This document shows positions 46,402-55,013 of a stretch of 64,000 nucleotides of DNA, in pieces; within the stretch, counting starts at the first letter, position 1, and each line of letters begins with the position of its first letter. Location of the stretch: the NCBI GenBank assembly GCA_945898015.1, contig CAMDGM010000011.1, positions 3,200 through 67,199 on the forward strand. Reading direction: 5' to 3'. The stretch is from PVC group bacterium. GTDB taxonomy: Bacteria; Verrucomicrobiota; Kiritimatiellia; CAIKKV01. Made by a program: the position numbers and the translations under genes. Below the pieces are notes generated by a model. That model did not search any database, was not told where the DNA came from, and saw only the letters and a list, made by a program, of their open reading frames with translations.

Positions 46402-46430
46402 ATTTAACCCAAGCAGGCTTCAAAAATCAA
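46402..46430 (-). promoter_or_regulatory. possible leuA promoter (TTGATT-17-TTAAAT)
   Basis: Hexamers and the 17-nt spacer read on the minus strand in the AT-rich divergent spacer. Confidence 0.35.
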
Positions 46431-46522
46431 GGGTTAATACATAATCGAGGTTCACATTCTTTTAATAAACTGCTAAAATCGACAACTTGAATCACATCGA
46501 AACCCGGAAAGACGCCGCCTTG

Positions 46523-47341
46523 ATGAAATATGACCGTTTAATCTCCAGAAGCCGGGTTCACAACCTGGCGCTTGTCGCGGCACTGATTTCCGCCGCCCAC
46601 ATGACTCCCGTTTCGATGACGGCAGGGCTCCTGCTCTTCTTTCTCGGGTTCGCCCTGCAGATCTGGAGCAAAGCCGTATTGCGCCGGGACAAGCAGCTCT
46701 GCACACAGGGGCCCTACGCCATTTGCCGTCATCCCTTCTACCTCGCCAACGGTTTGCTGGACTGGGGCCTGTGCATCATGGCCGGGCACTGGGCCGTGAT
46801 CGTCCTCTTTCCCGTCCTCTTCCTGGTGGCGTATATCCCTACCGCCAAAAACGAGGAAAAGGTGTTGGCCGGATTGTTCCCCGAAGCTCAGGATACATTC
46901 CTCCGAACCACCCCGAGATTCTTCCCCGTCTCCTTACGCGCCTTCAGGGATTGGCGAAGCCCCGTTTCCTGGGACGTGCTGGTGGCGGAAAGCCAGGTGT
47001 CGCGATCGGTGCGCCACGCCGCATTACCTCTGCTGGTGATCGTGGCGGGCCTGCTCTGGGCCGATCCCGGAGTCTGGTGCCTACCGCATACGGCTTGGAT
47101 CACCACCTCGGCACTCGGCCTGCTGTTCTTCGGCCAGGTCGTCTACCGGCGCCTCGAAGCTGGAAGTAAATATGGCTCGTTCAGCACCGTGTCCAACGGG
47201 ATCGTCAAGCTGGCGCCCCTCGTTCTGGCCATCGGAATACCGTTGGTGATCTGGAAAGCCGCCTGGCTGACCCCCCTGCTTATCGCCCTGGCCGGCAGTT
47301 GGGTTTTGGCCTGGTTGACCACGCCAAAACCCGCCAGATAG
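46523..47341 (+). CDS. isoprenylcysteine carboxyl methyltransferase (ICMT)/phospholipid methyltransferase-family membrane protein with extra C-terminal TM region
   Basis: Contains L.T.GPYAICRHPFYLANGL...NEEKVL, the ICMT/PEMT signature. It is multi-TM. The ATG at 46523 is preferred over the TTG at 46487. Confidence 0.72.
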   Translation: MKYDRLISRSRVHNLALVAALISAAHMTPVSMTAGLLLFFLGFALQIWSKAVLRRDKQLCTQGPYAICRHPFYLANGLLDWGLCIMAGHWAVIVLFPVLFLVAYIPTAKNEEKVLAGLFPEAQDTFLRTTPRFFPVSLRAFRDWRSPVSWDVLVAESQVSRSVRHAALPLLVIVAGLLWADPGVWCLPHTAWITTSALGLLFFGQVVYRRLEAGSKYGSFSTVSNGIVKLAPLVLAIGIPLVIWKAAWLTPLLIALAGSWVLAWLTTPKPAR

Positions 47342-47347
47342 TCGCAA

Positions 47348-48280
47348 TCAGGCGCGATTCCGATTCCCCTCGAACGGCTCATCCTCATCGAAGTCCGGCA
47401 GGAAATCATCACTCCCGGAACCCGGCTGAATATAGACCTGCGCGAAGCCCAGTTCCGCCACCAGATCTGTCACCTGCTCATACTCCGCCTCGGAAACCGG
47501 CCGCTCCAGCATGCCGTGCTCCCGGCATCCCGGCATCGGCCGGAACTGACTCATGATCGAGAGCGGCAACTCCGGCCCGAACTCCCGATGCAGGAGGCGG
47601 ACCACCGACAAGCTGTTCTCCACGCATCCCGGCAACACAAGATGACGGACCAGGACACCCCGGGCCGCCGTCTCGCGCCCCTCCGGATCCCAGGGAAACA
47701 GAAACCCCTTCAACGCCACCATCTTCGTCAGGGCTTCCATGGCCATTTCCGGATACCGTGCATCCCGCATGCATAACTGGGCCAGCGAGGCGTCGGCGAA
47801 CTTGAAGTCCGGAAGGAAAATGTCAATAACAGCGGCATAATCGGCCACCCGTTCCGGCTTCTGATACCCGGACGTGTTGAACAGGAAGGGAAGCGCCACC
47901 CCCTCCTCTCTCAGCCGCCGGCACAGCCATTCCACGTGGGGCCAAAAATGATCCGGCGACACGAAGTTCAAATTATGAACCCCCTTGGCCACCAGCCCCC
48001 GCGCCGTTTCCAGCAACTCGTCCGGCGTCAACGCGTCACCCGACTCACCCAAAGAAATCTGATGATTTTGACAAAAAAAACAGCGTGACGAGCAACCCGA
48101 AAAGAAAAGGGTTCCCGATCCCCGCGTGCCGGTAAACGAGGGTTCTTCCCCGAAATGAGCGGTCGCCGAGGCCACCCGGCACACGGCCGTCTCTTGACAA
48201 ACACCCCGCCGTCCCGCCACACGGTCCACACCGCAATTTCGGGGGCAGAGCCGGCATTCCCGATACAAGGCGTCATTCAT
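47348..48280 (-). CDS. radical SAM protein, PflX-like (pyruvate formate-lyase activase homolog family)
   Basis: The N-terminal CRLCPRNCGVDR...G.C motif plus FFSGCSSRCFFCQN (CxxxCxxC) is typical of COG1313. The ATG at 48280 has a GGAGG 8 nt upstream. Confidence 0.8.
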   Translation of the reverse strand: MNDALYRECRLCPRNCGVDRVAGRRGVCQETAVCRVASATAHFGEEPSFTGTRGSGTLFFSGCSSRCFFCQNHQISLGESGDALTPDELLETARGLVAKGVHNLNFVSPDHFWPHVEWLCRRLREEGVALPFLFNTSGYQKPERVADYAAVIDIFLPDFKFADASLAQLCMRDARYPEMAMEALTKMVALKGFLFPWDPEGRETAARGVLVRHLVLPGCVENSLSVVRLLHREFGPELPLSIMSQFRPMPGCREHGMLERPVSEAEYEQVTDLVAELGFAQVYIQPGSGSDDFLPDFDEDEPFEGNRNRA

Positions 48281-48294
48281 GCCGGGCCTCCGCC

Positions 48295-49275
48295 TCAACC
48301 ATCCGGCAACGGCCGGGCCAGCGGCACCAAATCACCGTTAATCCCGTTAAACACACCTATGAAAGCAAACCGGCCATACCGGAAGCCAGACAATCGCAAC
48401 GAATACCAGCCATACGGGACATCGAGATCAAAACCCGTTTTCTGGAACTCCGCCATCGACATCTTGTTCGAGTAAGCCGGCACCCCCACCCCCATATAGG
48501 GGGTGACCGTCAGCGTCACCGCCATATCGCCGGGAGCCTTTTGCACCGCCCATCCGTTATAGGCAGCAAACTGACAAAGCAGGCGGCCCACTTTCGGATC
48601 CCGCGTTTCCTGGATCAAATGCTTGAGGTAAACGCCGACCTGGAATCCCCCGCCGCCCGGCTCCGGAACTTTTTCCCATTTATCATAAAGCCGCAAGTCA
48701 TCGGCCATCGTCAATTCGAGAGGATACCCGCCATCCATGGAAGACGTGGGCGACTTCCCATACGCATAGCCCAGCTTGGTTTGATACATCACGACGTGCC
48801 AGGTCGCGGCCCCCCAGTTGCGGGCGACTGTCTTTCCCGACACATAATCCACCACGGTATCCGAACCGGCGCCACGAACCCGCTTGTTGACGCTAAGCCG
48901 CCAGGTGATCGACATCTTCTCGTCGCCTTCCGTATCCCGGTTTTCCAACTCCCCGAAAAAGAACAGGTTGGGATTGGTTTCAACGGACTTGGGTTTCCAC
49001 TCCACGGGCCGGCCGAACCGGCTGTCGCCTGGAATCCAGGCAAACGCCCGGGTGAATCCATTAGTCGTATTCCCCTCGATCAACACATAGGCCACTTTGC
49101 TGGTCCATGAATCCAACGCCACGGTGGCATAAGAAATCGCGGCTCCCTTGGCTACCGGAACGGCGGGAAATTCCTTGGGCTTTTTCGCCGGCCCACTCAC
49201 CCCCCCCTGCCCCAGCGCCACCGAAATCGCCAGCACGGCCAGAGTCATGCTCAACAACAGCTTCTTCACTCGCAT
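48295..49275 (-). CDS. hypothetical secreted protein
   Basis: The signal peptide is MRVKKLLLSMTLAVLAISVALG. The start at 49275 was chosen because a GGAGG lies 6 nt upstream; the track start is a GTG at 49311. I recognise no family. Confidence 0.6.
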   Translation of the reverse strand: MRVKKLLLSMTLAVLAISVALGQGGVSGPAKKPKEFPAVPVAKGAAISYATVALDSWTSKVAYVLIEGNTTNGFTRAFAWIPGDSRFGRPVEWKPKSVETNPNLFFFGELENRDTEGDEKMSITWRLSVNKRVRGAGSDTVVDYVSGKTVARNWGAATWHVVMYQTKLGYAYGKSPTSSMDGGYPLELTMADDLRLYDKWEKVPEPGGGGFQVGVYLKHLIQETRDPKVGRLLCQFAAYNGWAVQKAPGDMAVTLTVTPYMGVGVPAYSNKMSMAEFQKTGFDLDVPYGWYSLRLSGFRYGRFAFIGVFNGINGDLVPLARPLPDG

Positions 49276-49321
49276 CGACATCCTCCGAAAGGGATTCCGC
49301 CTTTTACCCACCCGCTATCAA

Positions 49322-49996
49322 TCAAAAACAAACGGCCAGCCCGAGTGTCAGCACCGGATAATAACGCAACCAGGCGATATAGTCCGAATCGAATTTATCC
49401 AACTCCCGCTGCAGCTCCTCCTGGACGCCCGGCGTGTTGGACAAGACCCCGCCCCGGGATTCCAGCGTCAGGTCGGGTTCGGAGAAGAACATGACCCCCA
49501 GGTCCATCGAGGCGGACCAGTGACCACTCTTCGAAGACGCCAGATTGCCGAACCCGATACCCAGGTACCCGCCAAAACAATCGTATTGCGCCGAGGCGTA
49601 AAGCTTTCCGATCTGCGCCGGCGTATAGGTCACGTCCCCGACATCGATGGGATTGACCGGCGAGGCTGTGCCCGTGGCTTCCGAGCCATTGTAACATCCG
49701 CCCGCCACGATCTTGAACGGCCCCCCGCCCACATGCCAATCCATGACCGCCAGCCAGGTTTGCAGGCTCAGCTCCGTCTTATATGTCACGTCATCCTGAT
49801 TCACATTGACGTTCAACGAAGCACCATTGCCGGCCAACCGCAGGTTCAAATAATCCGGCACCAGTTCAACCGCCGCCTCCCCGCCGATACCGGTGGTTCC
49901 GGCCCTGACCCCCACGCCAACCGTGGCAAAGCCTGCCAAAGGACACACGGCCAAGGTTGCGAAAAGAATAAAAATACGGCCAACTCGTGTTTTCAT
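49322..49996 (-). CDS. putative outer-membrane beta-barrel protein
   Basis: Has a signal peptide, alternating hydrophobic/polar beta-strand pattern, Gly/aromatic-rich composition and a C-terminal ...LGLAVCF ending in Phe, as in OMP beta-signals. Confidence 0.6.
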   Translation of the reverse strand: MKTRVGRIFILFATLAVCPLAGFATVGVGVRAGTTGIGGEAAVELVPDYLNLRLAGNGASLNVNVNQDDVTYKTELSLQTWLAVMDWHVGGGPFKIVAGGCYNGSEATGTASPVNPIDVGDVTYTPAQIGKLYASAQYDCFGGYLGIGFGNLASSKSGHWSASMDLGVMFFSEPDLTLESRGGVLSNTPGVQEELQRELDKFDSDYIAWLRYYPVLTLGLAVCF

Positions 49997-50054
49997 CGCT
50001 GTCCTTTCAGTAGATTCGGTTATAATGCCGCAAATGACGCATGCCTGTCAAAAC

Positions 50055-52088
50055 ATGAAATTCACGTGTCGCGCCATCGCCTTGTTCGTCACGATCACGT
50101 CGGGGCTCCACGCCGCCGATCCGCCGCCATGGGCCGTTCCCTCCGCACACCTGCGGCTCCGGCTCGAACGGGACCCGGGTTCCCCCTGGCCGGCGGCCGT
50201 TGCCCAATGCCGTCTCTCCCCCGGCGCCCTGGCGCCCGAATGCACGGCCATCACGGTGACCCGCACCGACGGAGGCTCCGTCGCCTCCACGGTCCTCTGG
50301 GCCCGGACCGGCCAGCCGATGACGCTCGTGTTTGACACCCTGTCAAAAGCCACCTCCTTCTACGCCTATGTGGAGTCGTCCGTCTCATCCCGCGCCACAA
50401 ACCAGTGGCGCCCTCAGGCCGGCGTGCTGCTCGAAACGCGGACGCTCAACCAGCCGGCCTTCGATTCGCGAACCCAGTTTGACGCCGCCTGGAACGCCGC
50501 CACCGGCACCTATGGACGAAGCTTCCGGAACGATATCTTCGAGGGGCTTCACCCCCATGGTCCGGGCGAGAATTTTCTCGGCCGCTACGAGGCCTGGTTC
50601 CTGGCCGGCAAGCCGGGCGACTACGCCTTCGCCACGCTCTCCGACGACGCCTCGTTCCTTTCAATTGACGGCAAGCCCGTGGCGGAATGGCCCGGCATTC
50701 ACGGAACGGACGGCGGACGCTACAGCGAAAAAAAAGGGCAACTTCATCTGGAACCGGGCCTTCACCTCCTGCGCTACGACCTGGCGCAAAGCAACGGCAC
50801 CCTGGCCGCCGTTGCCTCCTGGAGGCAACCCGGCATGAACCACTTCGAGGTCATGCCGCCTCAAGCCTTCGCGCCCGTGGCCCGGTTCACCTGCCAAGCC
50901 GCGGAATCCGCCCCCGGCCTGCGTTCTCCCGCCCACTTTGAATGGCGCCTGACCCGTTCCGCGCGAATGGATCGGGCGCTCCTGGCCGCGGTCGCCTTCC
51001 GGGCCATGCCGGCGCCCGACGCCACCTACCGCTGGTCATTCGGCGACGGGACCAGCGGAGACGGCATCACCCCCGAACATGTTTACATCGGATCCGGACG
51101 ACGACAGGTCCGGCTTGAAATCCGACCCACCCAGGGGGTCCCCCTCACGATCGAACAAGCCGTGGACGTTCATCCCGCCTGGGATCAAATCGAGGAATGT
51201 CCGGATTCCGCCCTCGACCCCCTCAAAGCAGCGATTCGCTCCAGAAATCCGAAGTCCCTCTCCATGACGGAACTCGAAACCGTGGCCATCTTCGCCAGCG
51301 CCGTGGGCGACCGGGCCTGGCTGGACGAGGCCGGATCGGAATGCCTGAGCCGGAAAAGCGGCTTTTCACCGGGATTCGCGCCCATCCTGTATTCGGCTGG
51401 GCTCGCCTTCCGCCATCCACAATTTCACAAATACGCCGAGGCGGACGCGATGTTCACCCTGGCCTTGACCCGGATCGACGGACCGGAAACGAATTCCTGG
51501 CGCGCCCGCATCTCCCTGCTACAAGCTGAAACACGCCTGGACGGCCTGCGCAACGCGGAGTCGGCACTCGCAGTGCTGGCGACGCTTCGCGACGATAACC
51601 TGGACGGGTTTTCCCGCCGCCAAAAAAACCTGATCACCGCGGACGCACAGATGACCCAGGGGCACTCGGAAGACGCGCTTCGCCTCTACCGGGCGCTGGA
51701 GCCTTCGGAAAAAGGAACTGTGGGGGCCATTCACCTCCAGGCGCGCCTCGTGGCGGCAGCCGACTTTGTCCGGCGGGAAGAGTGGGATACCGCCGTAGAA
51801 AAGCTGGAAGCCATACTCACCGACTATCCCCTGGAACGATTCTCCGGCAGCACCGGACTCCTGCTGATGGAAGCCCGGACTGGTCGCGGAAGCCTTGTCC
51901 CGGCCCTGGCCCTGGGCGAACGCCTGCTGAACGCCAACCTGTTGGACGACACCCGCGCCAGCCTTCTGCTACGCCTGAGCAACCTGCACCAAGCCTTGGG
52001 CGACAAAGCCGCCTCAGCCCGCTATCGCGCGCTCCTGAAGAAAGATTACCCCTACAGCGAAGCGGCAGCCTCGACGGGAAAGGATTGA
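50055..52088 (+). CDS. secreted PA14-like / PKD / TPR-like multidomain protein
   Basis: The signal peptide is MKFTCRAIALFVTITSGLHA. A PA14-like stretch (GDYAFATLSDDASFLSIDGKPV), a PKD signature (YRWSFGDGTSGDGITPEHVY) and a helical-repeat C-terminal half follow. The start is taken at the ATG at 50055 within track ORF 49893. Confidence 0.7.
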   Translation: MKFTCRAIALFVTITSGLHAADPPPWAVPSAHLRLRLERDPGSPWPAAVAQCRLSPGALAPECTAITVTRTDGGSVASTVLWARTGQPMTLVFDTLSKATSFYAYVESSVSSRATNQWRPQAGVLLETRTLNQPAFDSRTQFDAAWNAATGTYGRSFRNDIFEGLHPHGPGENFLGRYEAWFLAGKPGDYAFATLSDDASFLSIDGKPVAEWPGIHGTDGGRYSEKKGQLHLEPGLHLLRYDLAQSNGTLAAVASWRQPGMNHFEVMPPQAFAPVARFTCQAAESAPGLRSPAHFEWRLTRSARMDRALLAAVAFRAMPAPDATYRWSFGDGTSGDGITPEHVYIGSGRRQVRLEIRPTQGVPLTIEQAVDVHPAWDQIEECPDSALDPLKAAIRSRNPKSLSMTELETVAIFASAVGDRAWLDEAGSECLSRKSGFSPGFAPILYSAGLAFRHPQFHKYAEADAMFTLALTRIDGPETNSWRARISLLQAETRLDGLRNAESALAVLATLRDDNLDGFSRRQKNLITADAQMTQGHSEDALRLYRALEPSEKGTVGAIHLQARLVAAADFVRREEWDTAVEKLEAILTDYPLERFSGSTGLLLMEARTGRGSLVPALALGERLLNANLLDDTRASLLLRLSNLHQALGDKAASARYRALLKKDYPYSEAAASTGKD

Positions 52089-52160
52089 GGCCCCTCGTGG
52101 CAGGCCATCGAGAGTCCTTTTTTCTGGAGCCGGACCCGTCTTTTCGATAGACTGGTTGAT

Positions 52161-54983
52161 ATGTTAACACGGTTCCCCATCCTGCCAGCCCGGCTTCGCC
52201 TTCTCGCATCATCCGTTTTTCTGCTGATCCTGTCCGGAATCCCTGCCCGGGCGGCCACCTGGCATCCTCTTCAAGACGACGCCCCATCCTCAAAATCGGC
52301 GTCCTGGCGGGTGCAAACGGCCGATGAAAAACAGGTTGTCCTGCTGGCTTCTTTCCCCGGCTTCCGTCTGGCAGGCCGACTCCATCCATTTGCCGGTGAT
52401 TACGTGGCGCCCGAAATGCCAGGATGCGGACTAAGCCAGGCCATCGGCGCACCGGAACGGCCCGTACTCCGGCGACTCCTCGTGGCGCCTCCGCAGGCGA
52501 CGCTCCGCATGAGCCTGTCCGGCACCCCTCGTTTTTTCTCCCTTGGCCCGGGCCAAGCCCAGTCACTTTTCCCCCGACAGGCCCCTCGAACGAAAGGCGT
52601 CCGCAGTTCCAAGCTGATCCCGTTCGATTTCGACCTTGCCGCCTATTCCGCCAACCGGTTTTCCCCCGACACCCCCTGCCGGCTCACCGAAGCCGGCACC
52701 CTCGCCGGCAGGCGACTCGTGCTGGTGGAGGTATCCCCGCTGGCTATCAACCCGGTCACACAAAGCCTGAGGATTTATCCCGAGCTGACCATCACCGTGA
52801 ACTTCGACTCCCCGGGAACCACTTTGAAAAGCGCCCCGGCCTCTCCCTTGAGCACCCGCCAGGAAGCACGCCTGTCCGCCATGGCCTTGAACGCCACGAC
52901 GGATCAGACGTCATCGCTCCGCACGAAAGACGCCTCTGCCCGCCTGCTCATCCTGGCGCCCGACGCCTGGTTGTCCGCCCTGGCCCCGCTCGTGACCCAC
53001 CGCCAGGCCCGGGGCTGGAGCGTGGACCTGATCGGCCTTACATCCGCCGGCAGCACGACCGCCGCCATCCGGACCACCATTAAGGCTCGATACGACAACC
53101 TGTCCCTCCGTCCCGATGCACTCCTGCTGGTCGGCGACACCACCGTCATCCCCTGTTTCACCGGAACACAGACCGATCAACCCGACACCGATCTCTATTA
53201 CACCTGCATGGATGGAGGCTCGGACTGGCAGCCGGAATTCCCGGTCGGCCGGATCAGCGTGCTGACCCTGGCCTCGCTGAACAACGTCCTGAACAAAATC
53301 ATCGCGTACGACACCGTCCCGCCGGAACGCTGGATGTCACGCGCCACCTTCATGGCCAGCGAAGACAACCATTCCATCACGGAGACCTCCCATGATTCGG
53401 TCATTGCCGACTGGCTCGCGCCGCGCGGATACCTGAGCGACAAACTCTACTGCGCCAGCCGGGCCGCCACCCCCGCGCAAGTCAAAGCCGCGTTCAACAA
53501 TGGCCGGATCCTGGGTGTTTATTCCGGACACGGGGACACCACCTATTGGGCGGATGGACCCGTGATCTACAAGAGCGACGTCCAATCGCTGACCAACCAG
53601 GACCGGTACCCCATGGTCTTCAGCTTCGCCTGCCTGACCGGAAAATTCAGCCTTAACGAATGCTTTGCCGAAACCTGGCTGAGGGTGCCCAATAAAGGCG
53701 CGGTCGGCATCCTGGCCTCCAGCGTCACGAGTTATTGGGATGAGGATGACGTCTTTGAACGGGTCCTCTTCGAATCCATTTTCAGCGACGGCTTGCACCG
53801 CTACGGCGAGGCGGTCCTGCGCGCCAAAACCCGGCTCATCGAGACCTACGGCCTGACGGCCACCGTCACACGCTATTTTGAACAATACAACCTTCTGGGC
53901 GATCCCACGACCGCATTGCGCGAACCCGCCCTGGCCATTATCAGCCCGGAGACCCTTCCGTCAGGCCGGGTGGGGCAGGCCTATGCGGAAACGCTCCTGG
54001 GATCCGGCGGCACGGAACCCTACCAGTGGACCTTGGACACCCCCGTACCGGCGGGCCTGAACCTGGACCCCTCCTCCGGCATCCTGAACGGGGTCCCTCT
54101 GAAACCGGCCACCAACCACCTATTTACAGTCCGGTTGACCGATGCAAACATGACGGCCACGACGCAGGCATGTCGAATCGACCTGGCAGCCGGCCCCCTC
54201 CGCATCCTCGCGGGCACCCGTGCCGGCCCCTTTCAGGTCGGCGTTCCCTTCGCCTCCCCCTTGACAGCGGCCGGCGGGGTCGGTCCCTATCGATGGCGAT
54301 TCCTGAACGACCGGCAATATGAGGTTCGCGAACGATCGGGGCTATGGACCGTCTCCCGACAGGCAACCGGCTGGAAAGGCGATGAAGTCAGCTGGAAGCT
54401 CACGCTCCCCTGGAACTTCTGGTTTTACGGAAAAAAATATACCAACCTGTGGGTCAACAGCAACGGCTACCTGGACTTTGGCTCCAAGGCCAGCCAATGG
54501 GACAACTCCGAAGCCCAGCTCCTGCGGCATCCGCGCATCGCCCCCCTGTGGGACGACCTTCGCACCACCAATGTCTTTGTGACCCTCAACGACTGGCAAG
54601 CCGTCATCCGCTGGACCGGCTACACCTTCAACGCCGGGAATCCCGTGGATTTTGAAGCGACCTTGAACCGGAATGGACGGATCCTGTTTGCCTACAAACC
54701 GATGAAGGGCAAGCTGTCCCCCACCATCGGCGTTTCCGCCGGGGATGGAACCAACATGGCCTTAACCTCATTCAGCGGAGCCGCTGTCATTCCGGGCGGA
54801 ACGGGCGCCAAGTTCGTCTGGAATCCGCCCCTTCCCGGGGGGATGACATTAAGCCCGGACGGCCTGCTCACGGGAACCGTCGCCACACCCCTGTCTCGAT
54901 CCCTCCCCATCGTGCTCGAAGACAGCTCAACCCCCGTCCAATCCATCACCGCCCTGTTAACCGTCCGGGTGACCGCCCCCTAA
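52161..54983 (+). CDS. peptidase C25 (gingipain-like cysteine protease) family protein with Ig-like and NIDO-like C-terminal domains
   Basis: Has a signal peptide and the C25 core: LLLVGDTTVIPCF, DLYYTCMDG, VGRISV, catalytic His in YSGHGD (CAC 53529-53531) and Cys in FSFACLTGKF (TGC 53631-53633). Next come putative Ig repeats (GQAYAETLLGSGGTEPYQWTL, GVGPYRWRF). The last domain is LPWNFWFYGKKYTNLWVNSNGYLDF...APLWDDL. Confidence 0.78.
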   Translation: MLTRFPILPARLRLLASSVFLLILSGIPARAATWHPLQDDAPSSKSASWRVQTADEKQVVLLASFPGFRLAGRLHPFAGDYVAPEMPGCGLSQAIGAPERPVLRRLLVAPPQATLRMSLSGTPRFFSLGPGQAQSLFPRQAPRTKGVRSSKLIPFDFDLAAYSANRFSPDTPCRLTEAGTLAGRRLVLVEVSPLAINPVTQSLRIYPELTITVNFDSPGTTLKSAPASPLSTRQEARLSAMALNATTDQTSSLRTKDASARLLILAPDAWLSALAPLVTHRQARGWSVDLIGLTSAGSTTAAIRTTIKARYDNLSLRPDALLLVGDTTVIPCFTGTQTDQPDTDLYYTCMDGGSDWQPEFPVGRISVLTLASLNNVLNKIIAYDTVPPERWMSRATFMASEDNHSITETSHDSVIADWLAPRGYLSDKLYCASRAATPAQVKAAFNNGRILGVYSGHGDTTYWADGPVIYKSDVQSLTNQDRYPMVFSFACLTGKFSLNECFAETWLRVPNKGAVGILASSVTSYWDEDDVFERVLFESIFSDGLHRYGEAVLRAKTRLIETYGLTATVTRYFEQYNLLGDPTTALREPALAIISPETLPSGRVGQAYAETLLGSGGTEPYQWTLDTPVPAGLNLDPSSGILNGVPLKPATNHLFTVRLTDANMTATTQACRIDLAAGPLRILAGTRAGPFQVGVPFASPLTAAGGVGPYRWRFLNDRQYEVRERSGLWTVSRQATGWKGDEVSWKLTLPWNFWFYGKKYTNLWVNSNGYLDFGSKASQWDNSEAQLLRHPRIAPLWDDLRTTNVFVTLNDWQAVIRWTGYTFNAGNPVDFEATLNRNGRILFAYKPMKGKLSPTIGVSAGDGTNMALTSFSGAAVIPGGTGAKFVWNPPLPGGMTLSPDGLLTGTVATPLSRSLPIVLEDSSTPVQSITALLTVRVTAP

Positions 54984-55013
54984 CCACCCACCTCCAACCC
55001 GAAAGACTCACTC

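Noticed and set aside
46215-46430. T-box or other known riboswitch upstream of leuA (and a SAM riboswitch upstream of metXW at 15206-15321)
   Set aside because: I could not find the conserved T-box sequence (…GGTGGTACCGCG-like) or a specifier-loop layout. The metXW leader is only about 35 nt after its putative -10, too short for a riboswitch.
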